From: Candidatus Latescibacterota bacterium
GTDB lineage: Bacteria > Latescibacterota > UBA2968
DNA: 64,000 nt
Direction: 5' to 3'
Assembly: GCA_965205975.1 (NCBI GenBank)
Contig: OZ242195.1
Span: 4,000,001 to 4,064,000, forward strand
In this document: positions 27,466 to 37,777 of the stretch, in pieces
Position numbering within the stretch: position 1 is the stretch's first letter
Layout of the letters: each line of letters opens with the position of its first letter
Made by a program: the position numbers and the translations under genes
The notes under the pieces: generated by a model
The model's input: only the letters and a program-made list of their open reading frames with translations
What the model was told of the DNA's origin: nothing
The model's database searches: none

Positions 27466-28782
27466 CTACCACCCAGGCCCCACATCTGCCGCAGTTAAAG
27501 GACCCCCGTCCTCCGTTTCCGTCGGGAACTCAACGCAACCAATCGTCTTCTGCTCGCCCCGGGAATGCCCCAGAACATCTGTCGTAATCTCTGGATAATG
27601 CCCCTCTGCATTGCCGATCAGACCACTGGACTCTCCCGGTGCAACAACCCCATTGGGCAGATAATCCACATCGACCCGCCCAGTTTTTATCCCCTCCCGA
27701 GCGGGCATACCCAAATCTCCATCTGTCACATTCCCCTCCCACGTCCAATCCACTGGCTCATCGTCCTGCACCAGCCGCACAGTCCTCTCGGATCTCACAA
27801 AAACATTATTCGCAATCGCACAATCCTTAGGCGCCGTGCCATTGGGATACCTGCTGTGATTTAGCCCCACAACCATCGCCGGACTACATCCCACAAACGT
27901 ATTAAACGCAACTATCGCGCGCTCTACCCGCACATAGAGATCATCCGATGCCCCATCCATCATACCCACGCCAAACGCATTGAGCGAGTGGAACAAATTA
28001 TTCACCACAACCTGATCCGTCCCCTGCAAGCGCACACCGCCCGCCCGGCGTTCACCCTCGCCAAAAAAGAAATTCTCAGACACCACATTGCCATCCCCAT
28101 GCCGAAGCACCAGCGCCCCCCGGCAATCGCGAAACGTATTTCTGCGGAGCACATTGCCATTGGACTTCACAGAAATAATCTCCGCCTCCCCACTACAACG
28201 CACAAAAAGATTGTACTCAATCACCGTCTCACAATCGCCCGGCTCTGGATCGTACGGATTCCCCTCTGTAATCAGCTGAAGCGTCTCGTACCCATTGCTC
28301 TCCTTGCCATCCGGAATATCCACAAAATAATTGTGATGAACACGGTGCCTCTCGCCCTGATTCCGAACGTAAATCTGCATCAACTGACAGCCGCGCGTCT
28401 CCTCGAGATTATTGGTCTTATTCTCAAACCGGCAGCGATCAATCTCAACCTCCCGGCTCTCCGCCCTCACCCGTATCCACTTGCCAACCTGCACATCCGT
28501 CATCACACAGCGACTTATGCGACAACCCCGTCCCCGAATTTCCACACTCCCCTTCTCCACAAACTGCAGCCCCACAAGACTGATATAATCTCCCACCAAC
28601 AACAACGGCGCCTTTATAACCGCCCGCCCCATATTATCCGCCCGGATAACAATCGGCTGATCCGCAGTCCCCCTCGCCTCGAGCCTGCACCTCTCACCAT
28701 CATACATGCCATCGGCCAGAATAATAACATCGCCCGGCTGTGCCTCACTCACCCGCGCTTCTATTTCAGATACGGATCTCAT
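27466..28782 (-). CDS. Polysaccharide lyase family 6 (chondroitinase B/alginate lyase-like)
   Basis: PGDVIILADG, NGYETLQL, EYNLF..CSGEAEIISVKS, LVLRHG, GGVRL. Confidence 0.9.
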   Translation of the reverse strand: MRSVSEIEARVSEAQPGDVIILADGMYDGERCRLEARGTADQPIVIRADNMGRAVIKAPLLLVGDYISLVGLQFVEKGSVEIRGRGCRISRCVMTDVQVGKWIRVRAESREVEIDRCRFENKTNNLEETRGCQLMQIYVRNQGERHRVHHNYFVDIPDGKESNGYETLQLITEGNPYDPEPGDCETVIEYNLFVRCSGEAEIISVKSNGNVLRRNTFRDCRGALVLRHGDGNVVSENFFFGEGERRAGGVRLQGTDQVVVNNLFHSLNAFGVGMMDGASDDLYVRVERAIVAFNTFVGCSPAMVVGLNHSRYPNGTAPKDCAIANNVFVRSERTVRLVQDDEPVDWTWEGNVTDGDLGMPAREGIKTGRVDVDYLPNGVVAPGESSGLIGNAEGHYPEITTDVLGHSRGEQKTIGCVEFPTETEDGGPLTAADVGPGW

Positions 28783-28783
28783 C

Positions 28784-29740
28784 TTATTCTCCCGGTTTTA
28801 ACACGCGATTAAAAAAAGCCTCACGGGCGGGTTCGGTAAACGCGATATTGCGCTGAAAAGCACCGTGCCCACTCTCATCGCCCAGGAGAATATAACTGAC
28901 ATTTTTGGCACCGGCTTCTCGCAGTGCTTTGACCAACTTATCCGAATGATAAACACCGACCGTGCGATCAGATATTGCATGAACGAGCAAAATAGGGGGT
29001 GCATCGGCCGAGGCATAAGTCACAGGAGAAGTTTTGGCGCGGACCTCTTCAGATTCCAGTCTAAGCTCATTTTTGCGAGGGGGACGTGCTGGCTGCTGAT
29101 TCCGCTGGCGGTCACTCATAGCAGACAGAAAATCGGTAGGCGTGGCACTCGCGACAACAGCCTGAACCATACTGGAATACTCCTGGTAAGGCCCATCGCC
29201 CTCAAGACCCGCTGAAGGAGGACACACACCCAGCATAACAGCCAGATGCGCGCCAGCGGAATTTCCACTCGCACCAATGCGTTCCGGATCAATATTGTAC
29301 TCCTCGGCATGGGCGCGCAACCAGCGCACCGCATTCTTCACATCCTCAACACACGCGGTAATAGGCGCTTCATCGAGCATTCGATAGTTGACCGTCACAC
29401 AAACATAGCCCTTGGCGGCATAACTGATAGTAGGACGAAGAAAACCTCCCCGGCGTTTATCCCCACCTCTCCATCCACCCCCGTGAATAAAAACAAGGGC
29501 TGGACGGAGAGCCTCGCCGCGCTCTGTGGGCATAGCGAGATCGAGTTTCCACGCCTCGTTGCCCTCGCGATACGCAATATCGGGAATAAAAGTCACACCT
29601 TCGGGTACCTGTTTCATAATTTGCTCCACGGTAATTGTGCGTTGCTGGCGTTGGTTTTGTTGTTGTGGCTGTTGTGGTTGCTGCGCATCAACAGATTGAA
29701 ACAGCAAAACAACGAACAGAAAACAGACAAATTTGGACAT
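28784..29740 (-). CDS. Secreted alpha/beta hydrolase (HSL-like esterase)
   Basis: Signal peptide, Q-rich linker, IHGGGW, VNYR, GNSAGAHLA, catalytic D and H. Confidence 0.9.
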   Translation of the reverse strand: MSKFVCFLFVVLLFQSVDAQQPQQPQQQNQRQQRTITVEQIMKQVPEGVTFIPDIAYREGNEAWKLDLAMPTERGEALRPALVFIHGGGWRGGDKRRGGFLRPTISYAAKGYVCVTVNYRMLDEAPITACVEDVKNAVRWLRAHAEEYNIDPERIGASGNSAGAHLAVMLGVCPPSAGLEGDGPYQEYSSMVQAVVASATPTDFLSAMSDRQRNQQPARPPRKNELRLESEEVRAKTSPVTYASADAPPILLVHAISDRTVGVYHSDKLVKALREAGAKNVSYILLGDESGHGAFQRNIAFTEPAREAFFNRVLKPGE

Positions 29741-29762
29741 AGAACCCTCCTTGTTTTAGTCC

Positions 29763-32654
29763 TCACTTCAATTCAGCGCGTATCTGCGCGAGCGCACGCT
29801 TTACCCTCGTGAAATTCGGCCGTAATACGAGCGCCTTCTCCAAATAGGGCACAGCCTCTCGCAACCTCCCCGCCTGAGCCAGTGCCATACCCAGATCGGC
29901 ATACGTATCGGGCCTATCCGGATGCAAGCGAATCGCCTCCTTGTAGTGCTGAATCGCCTCGGCAAAACGTCCCAACCTGTGAAGCGCCATAGCAATACCA
30001 TTTTGCGACAGCGCATTATCCGGATGGTAGCGGATCGCATCCTCATAATAGCGAACCGCCTCTTCAAGCCGCCCCGCGCGGTGAAACGCCACAGCGCGCC
30101 CATTCAGCGCGCGTGCATCTGCGGGATCGAGTTGCAAAACTCGCGCATAGTGTCTTTCGGCATCCTGCAAACGTCCCAATTGCATCATCGCATCGGCGAA
30201 CATGCGATGCGCATCCAGATACTCGGGAAGTCGGCGAATCGCCTCGGCACAAAGCGTTGCAATACGTCTGTGTTCTCGCGTGGGAATCAAATCCGACGCC
30301 TCGCGAACAAAAACGCGCGCGGCAATTTCCCGTAAATTTTTATTTTGCACAGCCGCAATCCGCGCATCCACCTCACCCGGCATCAGCGCATTAATAGAAT
30401 CCCGATATTTATACAGCATCTCCGCAAATACAAGCCCATCGCTCTCCACATTCTGAACCGTCTCATAGTCCAGAACCGGTCGGTCATCCCAATACACATC
30501 CGCCTCAGCCGTCGCAGAAACCAGACCCTCCGCCCCCATCAAATAACCGCCCCAAAAAACATGCGGCTGGTTAAGAGAATACGCCACCCCACCCCAATGA
30601 CTGTACTGAAGATCCGCATGAATCTCCTCATCCATACCCAACAACTTCCCCTCAGCAATATTAAACGCATCATCCGCCGAACCAATAAGCAAAAGCTCAG
30701 ACGTATTATACCACAAAACACTCTGCGGAAAAACCATCAAAAAACTACGCACAACACCGCGGAACTGGTCCTCCGTCAGAAAACGCAAAGGCACAAACTG
30801 GATCAGATACCCACCAGATGTCAGACGCTCTCTGGCACGCGCATAGAAATCAACCGTATAAAAAAACGCCACACCCGGACGGGACACCTCGCCAAGCTCA
30901 AGCGAAATAATATCATAAGTCGCCGCAGTATGGCGCAGGAAATTGCGCCCATCTTCAGCGATAATCTCCACGCGCGGATCGCGTATCCAATCCGTCTCAA
31001 AATGTTCCTCAACAAAAGGAAAAAGCGCAGGCTCAATATCCACACACGCCAGATAATCGATGGGATACATCAAAAAACGACTAACCGTCTGCCCCGTACC
31101 AACCCCCACAACAACGACCCGTTTCGGATTCGGATGCAAAAGCATCGGCACATGTGCCGCCATAATCTGATGGTTCTTCTTACTACCGCCCTGCCACCAG
31201 CGATCAATCTCCAACTCCAGATCATCCTCCCGCCGAACAACCGCCATATTCGCGCCATAACCCTCTCGGAACGCCACGAGATCCCGCCCCTCACCGATAA
31301 AATCCGCAGGCACCTGCGTCTGGGAATAATACGGAATCCCAAGATAGACCAGAACGGCAACCAGCGCAGCCGCATATTTGAACACGCGATATCTTTGATC
31401 CAGCAAAAACCATGCAGAAATGCCAATGGCGAGATTCGCACCCGTAATAAAAAACAAACTCTTCTCAAGACCAAAAAAGGGAATCCCCAAAAAACCGATC
31501 AAAAGAGACCCGAGAATACCCCCAAGCGTATTCACCGCAATCAGATTACCCGCCATCCCAGACGTATATTCCGCATTGCGAATCACCAGCCGAATCGCAA
31601 GCGGAAAAGCCGCGCCACTCAACACAGCAGGGGGCAAAAGCACCGCAAAATAGATATACAAATCACTGCCCAATCCTCGCCAGGCCTCGGGCGACAGCAT
31701 CAAAAGCGCGAGAACAACAAGACCCGTCGCAACCTGAAACGCGCCAAAATAATACGCCCGTCTCTCTGTCTTATCGGAAAACTGAGCAGCGAGAACACTC
31801 CCCAGAACCAGCCCAACCAGCACAACGCCCAGCGTCAGCGTATAAGTATAAACCGTATTATTGATCAAAAGCCCCAGATACCGCACCCACAGCACCTCGG
31901 CGCCCAGAGCCACAAATCCAACCGCAAAAAACAGAACAAATACAACCCCACTCCGCGGGAGCCCGCCACTCACACCGCGAAACTGCTCTGAAGAAGGAAA
32001 CACATCCTCCCGCGCAATGGACAGCGCGCGAACAACAACTCCGCTCAGAATATTGCACACCACGCCAACATAGATCGCACCGCGCAGACCCAGATCCGGC
32101 AAAAAAACAAAACCCGCAGCCGCGCAACCCAATGCAGCCCCAAGCGTATTGACACCGTAGAGAAGACCAACAGCACGCGCAATCCTACCGCTATTGCGCG
32201 AATACTGACGGCAAAAAAGAGGAAGCGTACCGCCCATCAGAACAGTGGGCGGCAGAACGACGAGCGCAACGAGAAGAAGACGGGTAGTGAACCGCAGGAA
32301 GGGAGCATCGCTCAACAGTCTATACGCGATGCCATAGAGAAAATCTGCAAAATCAAACGCAAAAGGACTGATCAGAGCCAGAAGACCCAGACCAATTTCG
32401 ATATACGCAAAAAGAATAAGCGGCCGGGAAGTCCGTTGACCAATGCGCCCAAAAAGATACGCCCCAATGGCGAGACCCAGAAAAAAAACAGATAGAACCG
32501 CACTCACCGCAAAAGTCGTTGACCCAAACAAAAGCGCGGCCTGCCGTATCCAGGCAACCTCGTAAACCAGCCCGGCAAAACCCGACAAAAAAAAACACAT
32601 CAGCGCGGTGACATGCTGTGTTATTGGGAAGGATTTTCTGGAAAGATTACTCAC
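29763..32654 (-). CDS. Fused membrane/spermidine-synthase-like methyltransferase with C-terminal TPRs
   Basis: SGFAGLVYEVAW, PTVLMGGTLP, VGVGTGQT, EDGRNFL, YDII; TPR repeats. Confidence 0.88.
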   Translation of the reverse strand: MSNLSRKSFPITQHVTALMCFFLSGFAGLVYEVAWIRQAALLFGSTTFAVSAVLSVFFLGLAIGAYLFGRIGQRTSRPLILFAYIEIGLGLLALISPFAFDFADFLYGIAYRLLSDAPFLRFTTRLLLVALVVLPPTVLMGGTLPLFCRQYSRNSGRIARAVGLLYGVNTLGAALGCAAAGFVFLPDLGLRGAIYVGVVCNILSGVVVRALSIAREDVFPSSEQFRGVSGGLPRSGVVFVLFFAVGFVALGAEVLWVRYLGLLINNTVYTYTLTLGVVLVGLVLGSVLAAQFSDKTERRAYYFGAFQVATGLVVLALLMLSPEAWRGLGSDLYIYFAVLLPPAVLSGAAFPLAIRLVIRNAEYTSGMAGNLIAVNTLGGILGSLLIGFLGIPFFGLEKSLFFITGANLAIGISAWFLLDQRYRVFKYAAALVAVLVYLGIPYYSQTQVPADFIGEGRDLVAFREGYGANMAVVRREDDLELEIDRWWQGGSKKNHQIMAAHVPMLLHPNPKRVVVVGVGTGQTVSRFLMYPIDYLACVDIEPALFPFVEEHFETDWIRDPRVEIIAEDGRNFLRHTAATYDIISLELGEVSRPGVAFFYTVDFYARARERLTSGGYLIQFVPLRFLTEDQFRGVVRSFLMVFPQSVLWYNTSELLLIGSADDAFNIAEGKLLGMDEEIHADLQYSHWGGVAYSLNQPHVFWGGYLMGAEGLVSATAEADVYWDDRPVLDYETVQNVESDGLVFAEMLYKYRDSINALMPGEVDARIAAVQNKNLREIAARVFVREASDLIPTREHRRIATLCAEAIRRLPEYLDAHRMFADAMMQLGRLQDAERHYARVLQLDPADARALNGRAVAFHRAGRLEEAVRYYEDAIRYHPDNALSQNGIAMALHRLGRFAEAIQHYKEAIRLHPDRPDTYADLGMALAQAGRLREAVPYLEKALVLRPNFTRVKRALAQIRAELK

Positions 32655-32660
32655 ATGAGA

Positions 32661-33353
32661 TCATACTTTCAATTCACGGCGTTTCTGTAAAACCTCTTCC
32701 AACTGAGAGGCAAGACTGTATTTTCCAATAGATTTTAATTGCTCTGGGAGTTCAGGACGGGATGCGGGATAAATACCTGACCTGATTAAACAAGCACGCG
32801 CCATTTGCGTCAACATCGCGATAAATTGTTCCTCGGCTGCATCCTCGTCACCAATCACTTTAATATCCTCAAAAAGCTGCTTCGCTCTTTCGGCACGTTT
32901 ATCCGCTATTCTCGCAGAGGGCAAGGGAAGATGATCTTTCCATTTGTCACACAGGGTAGTCCAATACTTATCTTTCTCGTAAAGAACCTTTCCAAAAAGA
33001 ATTGTCCATCCCAAAACCTCGTGCCCCTCTGTAATAAGAGACTCTACATCCTCTCGACAATATGACCTGATATCAACATCAAGGGGGGGAGACGCAAAAT
33101 TTGGCCTATCATTCTGATAAATAATCAACAAGTCAACATCCAGGCAGTATTTGACATTTTGGCGAATAACGGAACCAAAAATCACAATTGCCCAGATATC
33201 GGGTTGCCTGCACAATCTGGGTACAAAATTTTCGACCCACTCTTTCGCGTGGGCACTGGGCCATTTATCAATCGTCTTGAGAAAATGTAATGAATCAATA
33301 TTCTTCGGACGATTGCTCGTCAGATTTCTGATCATCCTGATCATTTGATCCAT
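32661..33353 (-). CDS. Nucleotidyltransferase (MNT)-domain protein
   Basis: IVIFGSV....DVDLLII; start at the ATG after GGAG is approximate. Confidence 0.8.
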   Translation of the reverse strand: MDQMIRMIRNLTSNRPKNIDSLHFLKTIDKWPSAHAKEWVENFVPRLCRQPDIWAIVIFGSVIRQNVKYCLDVDLLIIYQNDRPNFASPPLDVDIRSYCREDVESLITEGHEVLGWTILFGKVLYEKDKYWTTLCDKWKDHLPLPSARIADKRAERAKQLFEDIKVIGDEDAAEEQFIAMLTQMARACLIRSGIYPASRPELPEQLKSIGKYSLASQLEEVLQKRRELKV

Positions 33354-33723
33354 CTCCCAATAATGCAGAAACTGCTTCCACATATTCTTCAAGTTTATCA
33401 GCCGCGTCCTGTGCATCCAAATCTGGAAAATCTACATCGCCATAAGCCGAAGCTTTACGAGCCGTATTCAGATCCCAAAGAAAATCGGCAACATCGGGCA
33501 ATCCATGAGATTGAAAAAGCTTACGCGCTATTTCAGCTTTATCTGTATGGGATCTTTTGAAATCCAGACCTGTATGTAATCCTGCCGCGACAATAGCGGC
33601 TTCCAGACAGTAAAATCCATAAATAGTAAGGTCTGCCCAATCAGTAGGATCATCCCATGCTGCGAGGACGCGTTCCAAATGTTGCTTTGCGTATGACAGG
33701 GATTTTGCGGCTTCGGTATTCAA
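33295..33723 (-). CDS. HEPN-domain protein
   Basis: YGFYCLEAAIVAA, RSH, LNTARKASAYGD helical pattern; paired with the MNT gene. Confidence 0.75.
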   Translation of the reverse strand: MNTEAAKSLSYAKQHLERVLAAWDDPTDWADLTIYGFYCLEAAIVAAGLHTGLDFKRSHTDKAEIARKLFQSHGLPDVADFLWDLNTARKASAYGDVDFPDLDAQDAADKLEEYVEAVSALLGDGSNDQDDQKSDEQSSEEY

Positions 33724-33819
33724 TATAATTTTTCACTCAAATTATTCTGATAAAACAGGAAATTAGCACCATTTTAATATAGCCCTTAACCATGCCATGA
33801 TCAAGAGGTATAAAAAAAG

Positions 33820-35448
33820 TCAAAACTCCAACCCTGCGGCGTGACGCCCCGCTTTGGGATCGCCCGCGGCGTAATATACGCCCTCTTCCCGATCCACATA
33901 AACCATAACAGGCGTCGCAATACTGGACGATTTCGCCTCGACCTGATGTCCCCGTCTGGCGAGATCGTCCTGCACATCCCGGCTTATCTCATCATTGAGC
34001 GTCAACGACCCGGCCTGTTTGAACGTCTGCTCGCGATTGGGATTGGGATCAAAAGAATCGTGGTGATGCGCCGTAGCAAAACGGGGTGCAGTAACAGCCT
34101 CCTCCGGCATAATCCCAAACTCCACAAAATCCAGCAACAAATTCAAAGTCGTCTGATCCTGCAAATCCCCACCCGCAACGCTAATACCCAGAATCGGTCG
34201 CCCATCTTTCAGAACCAGCGTAGGCGTCAACGTAATGCGCGGGCGTTTGCCCGGCTGGATACAATTCGGATGCCCCGCCGTCGTATTCAGACTCCGCAGA
34301 CGATTCCCATAAGTAACCCCCGTACTCCCCCCATCAATCGTGGGCCGGTGAACATTGGCACTCGGCGTAGCCGCGACAACATTGCCCCAGCGGTCAGCCA
34401 CCACACAAGTCGTCGTCCCCCCCGTACCCGGACGGAACACACCGCCTTCTTTGACCGGCTGCATCAGATACGGATCGCCCGGACGCGCCTCCAGAGAAGC
34501 CGTCTGCATATCGATAAGCGGCACGCGCAAATCCGTGTACGCATCGGAAAGCAATCCCCCCAGAGGCACACCCGAAAAATCGGGATCGGCATAATACGCA
34601 TCGCGATCCGCCATCGCCAGCTTGATCGCCTCGGTAATCACATGAACATAATCCGCCGAAAGATGGCCCATCGCTTTGACATCGAACTTCTCCAGCAAAC
34701 GCAACGCCTGGCACAAATACGGACCCTGCGTCCACGGCCCGCACTTGCAAACCGTGTATCCCCGATAAGAAACCGTAACCGGATCTTCAATCGTCGTAAT
34801 ATGCGTCGCCAGATCTTCCCGACGCAAAAAGCCCCCCTTTGCGATATAAAAAGCCTCAAGCTCCTCCGCAATATCATTGCGATACTTATTCCGCCCGTAA
34901 AAGCGATCCGCGGCAGCTTGCAATTTCTCCTCCCTGCTACCCGACGTAAGATGCTCCTCCTCAATTAGTTTTCGCAACGTCCTCGCAAGATTGGGATGCC
35001 AGTCATCCTCCCCCGCATCCAGTAGAGCAAGCACAGGAGCGATAATCTCTTCAAACGACATCGTACCGTATCGCCTGAGCGTCGTAATACACAAATCCAC
35101 AACCGAAGGCACGGGCGCCATCTTCATATCGCCATCCCCCGGAATACCATTCTCCATATACCAATCAATCGCCTCCTGAGACCGCGGCGCCCGTCCCTGT
35201 CCGCTCAAAGCCTTCACCTCCGAAGTCTCAGCATCGAAAATAAGAAGCGGAACCTCCCCACCAATTGAACACGCGCCGTGATCCGTGACATTCAGCGCAA
35301 AAATAGTCGCAGCGGCTGCATCGGCCGCATTGCCACCCCTATCCAGAATTTCAACACCCGCCGCAACAGCACCTGCACCGCCCGCCGCCACAACACCCGT
35401 CTTACTCTCAGCCTTCCATCCAATTTGACCCACATCTATACCAGACAT
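33820..35448 (-). CDS. ggt: Gamma-glutamyltransferase family protein
   Basis: GGNAADAA, SIGGE, AMADRD, TT.CVVADRWGN (Thr nucleophile), PGKRPRITLTP, GGDLQDQ. Confidence 0.9.
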   Translation of the reverse strand: MSGIDVGQIGWKAESKTGVVAAGGAGAVAAGVEILDRGGNAADAAAATIFALNVTDHGACSIGGEVPLLIFDAETSEVKALSGQGRAPRSQEAIDWYMENGIPGDGDMKMAPVPSVVDLCITTLRRYGTMSFEEIIAPVLALLDAGEDDWHPNLARTLRKLIEEEHLTSGSREEKLQAAADRFYGRNKYRNDIAEELEAFYIAKGGFLRREDLATHITTIEDPVTVSYRGYTVCKCGPWTQGPYLCQALRLLEKFDVKAMGHLSADYVHVITEAIKLAMADRDAYYADPDFSGVPLGGLLSDAYTDLRVPLIDMQTASLEARPGDPYLMQPVKEGGVFRPGTGGTTTCVVADRWGNVVAATPSANVHRPTIDGGSTGVTYGNRLRSLNTTAGHPNCIQPGKRPRITLTPTLVLKDGRPILGISVAGGDLQDQTTLNLLLDFVEFGIMPEEAVTAPRFATAHHHDSFDPNPNREQTFKQAGSLTLNDEISRDVQDDLARRGHQVEAKSSSIATPVMVYVDREEGVYYAAGDPKAGRHAAGLEF

Positions 35449-35541
35449 AACTTTCTCCTTTTTCATCCTTGACGCCACGCGAAACTCTGGCTTTATTTTC
35501 AATAACAACGATTTTGTCGCAGCCTTCAAGGAGGCATCATT

Positions 35542-35820
35542 ATGATTCTCGATTTAGACCAACTGATTGCGCCGTACTTCGACAAATATCCAAACGAATG
35601 GTTATTATTTGAAGTCACAGACACGGACGAGCACGATTGGCCCACCAAAGTGCAATTTGTTGCCCATGACCCGAGTCGTCAAGTGATTGCAAACATCGCC
35701 ATTGAAAAAGATATAGATGATACTCTCGTTCGCTTTGCCGGTGATGTGTTGCCTAAAGGATGGCATGCAGCATTTGATTTCCAAATCATGCAGGTTCGCA
35801 TGGAACGCATTATAGCATGA
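35542..35820 (+). CDS. Small hypothetical protein (TA-associated type)
   Basis: RBS AAGGAGG; KYPNEWLLFEV..D....VAHDPSR resembles small proteins that usually precede retropepsin-like genes. Confidence 0.65.
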   Translation: MILDLDQLIAPYFDKYPNEWLLFEVTDTDEHDWPTKVQFVAHDPSRQVIANIAIEKDIDDTLVRFAGDVLPKGWHAAFDFQIMQVRMERIIA

Positions 35821-35837
35821 TCTTTGGTTAAAGACAA
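35809..35837 (-). promoter_or_regulatory. Sigma70-type promoter, antisense to 35542-35820
   Basis: TTGTCT-17 bp-TATAAT with extended -10 TG on the - strand. Confidence 0.55.
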
Positions 35838-35871
35838 AACAATCTGTATTTCTTTTTTCGGAAAAGAGTTC

Positions 35872-36933
35872 ATGAATTTATCAGAACCCATCACCGATGT
35901 CGAACAACTGACGCCTGCGCTCTTAACGGATCGATTTGGCAGCAACGGATTCCTGAAATCGGGTTCGGTCACATCCATAGAAAAAACGGACTCATTCGGA
36001 TCGTCGTGCGCGGAATGGGACAGGCTCTCGCTGACATTTAGCGATAACTACGTGGGTGATATTCCAAATGAGATCGTGTTAAAAATCTATCGAAAGGGAT
36101 GGTTCGGAGGCGGCGTCATCGAATGGACATTCTACAATGAACTCGCGCCAAAAACGCCGGATGCATCTGTCTGTCCCATTTTTGACTGTGGATTTGATCA
36201 CAACAACAAAAATTGCCACTATCTCATGCCAGACCTGTCGGTGACACATGAAGATGGGCCAAAGGAGGCCACCTATCAACTCCACAAAGCCGTAATTGAA
36301 GAACTGCTCAAATATCACATCCGATGGTGGAATGATCCACGTCTGGATGAGTGGCCATTCATGATGCAAGCCGGTGGTCCACTCCGCATGGCTCAGGCAA
36401 TACCGGAAGAAGATGTGCGCGACAGCTGCGCCAGCTTCGAAAAAGCCCTGAAGCCACTGGCACAAGAACTGGGAGACGACCTCGATCCTGCGCACATTGA
36501 AATAATGGAGCGCGTGATTCATGGATATCCCGATGTATTCCTCGCGCGTGTCGCAAACGGGAAAAATATCACAATGCTACACGGCGACGCGCACTTGTGG
36601 AACCTCTTTTATCCGAAGGACCCCTCAAAGGACCGGATCATCCTCTTCGATTGGGAAACCTATAAACGAGGACTGGGTGCTTACGACCTCGCTTACATGC
36701 TGATCCACGGGACATCCGAGCGCAAAGCACTCGAAGGCCCACTCATGGATTTCTACTATAAAAAACTCGTAGCCGGAGGCATCGAAAATTACAGTCGAGA
36801 CCTATTCGAATACGATTATCGGCTATCCGTGCTATCGTGTGTCTTCTGTCCGATCATCTGGAAGCGTGCGTTCTCAGCCCGGAATGCGATGAAAGCGTAT
36901 GAGGACTGGGATTGTGCTGAGATGCTCAGATAG
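35872..36933 (+). CDS. Aminoglycoside/choline-kinase-like phosphotransferase
   Basis: IVLK, EWTFY, LHGDAHLWN, LFDWE, YDLAY. Confidence 0.88.
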   Translation: MNLSEPITDVEQLTPALLTDRFGSNGFLKSGSVTSIEKTDSFGSSCAEWDRLSLTFSDNYVGDIPNEIVLKIYRKGWFGGGVIEWTFYNELAPKTPDASVCPIFDCGFDHNNKNCHYLMPDLSVTHEDGPKEATYQLHKAVIEELLKYHIRWWNDPRLDEWPFMMQAGGPLRMAQAIPEEDVRDSCASFEKALKPLAQELGDDLDPAHIEIMERVIHGYPDVFLARVANGKNITMLHGDAHLWNLFYPKDPSKDRIILFDWETYKRGLGAYDLAYMLIHGTSERKALEGPLMDFYYKKLVAGGIENYSRDLFEYDYRLSVLSCVFCPIIWKRAFSARNAMKAYEDWDCAEMLR

Positions 36934-36972
36934 ACAGGCACTCTCCTGTCCTAAAGAACGGGTATCAAACAC

Positions 36973-37003
36973 GCCCTCTGTGCGATGCAGAGGGCTTTTT
37001 TTT
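36973..37003 (+). terminator. Intrinsic terminator
   Basis: GCCCTCTG/CAGAGGGC stem followed by T8. Confidence 0.88.
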
Positions 37004-37061
37004 ATGATAAATTTTGACCACAACAAACAGATAGTCTCTCACCCTTACAGGAGGATTCACA

Positions 37062-37763
37062 ATGTCCACACAAACAGCTCTCATCACCGGCGCATCTCGC
37101 GGACTGGGTCTCGCTCTCGCGCATGAACTCGCACAGCAAAACTGGCGACTGATCATCAACGCAAGAGGCGCAGACGCACTCGAACACGCACGCAAAGAAC
37201 TGACCAAATGGACCGAAGTCATCGCCATAGCCGGAGACGTAACAGACCCCAAACACCGGAAAGCTCTAACTCACGCAGCAAAAGAATTCGGTGGCCTGGA
37301 CGCCGTAATCAACAACGCGGGCATATTGGGACCGAGTCCCCAGCCCGAACTGCTCGATTACCCACTCGACATTTTGGCAGACGTCTATCGCGCCAACGTC
37401 ATCGCGCCCATGGGCGTGCTCCAGGCGCTTCAACACACGTTAAAATCAGATGCCCGCGTAATCAACATCACCAGCGATGCCGCACGCGAAGCGTACCCCG
37501 GCTGGGGCGGATACGGCTCTTCGAAAGCCGCACTTGAACAACTCTCCAACGTACTCGCAGCAGAACGCCCCGACTGGCGCATCTACTGGGTAGATCCCGG
37601 CGACATGCGAACGCAAATGCACCGCGAAGCATTCCCCTTTGAAGACATCAGCGACCGCCCCTTGCCGGAAACGAGTGTACCGGGATTTATCGAACTCCTG
37701 GAAAATAATTACCCCAGTGGCCGCTACGCCGCACGCGAGCTACTCACCGCCCTCGTAAAATAG
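37062..37763 (+). CDS. Short-chain dehydrogenase/reductase
   Basis: ITGASRGLG, NNAG, YGSSK. Confidence 0.93.
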   Translation: MSTQTALITGASRGLGLALAHELAQQNWRLIINARGADALEHARKELTKWTEVIAIAGDVTDPKHRKALTHAAKEFGGLDAVINNAGILGPSPQPELLDYPLDILADVYRANVIAPMGVLQALQHTLKSDARVINITSDAAREAYPGWGGYGSSKAALEQLSNVLAAERPDWRIYWVDPGDMRTQMHREAFPFEDISDRPLPETSVPGFIELLENNYPSGRYAARELLTALVK

Positions 37764-37777
37764 AAAGGAGACATCTC

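Noticed and set aside
30345..31991. 548-aa + strand ORF, and similar long antisense ORFs (16296, 17442, 33841, 50629, 58713, 60456)
   Set aside because: Shadow frames opposite well-supported genes, with no recognisable motifs.
36934..37061. preQ1 or other riboswitch ahead of the SDR/QueA-like genes
   Set aside because: No preQ1 consensus; the hairpin is adequately explained as the terminator of the upstream kinase gene.
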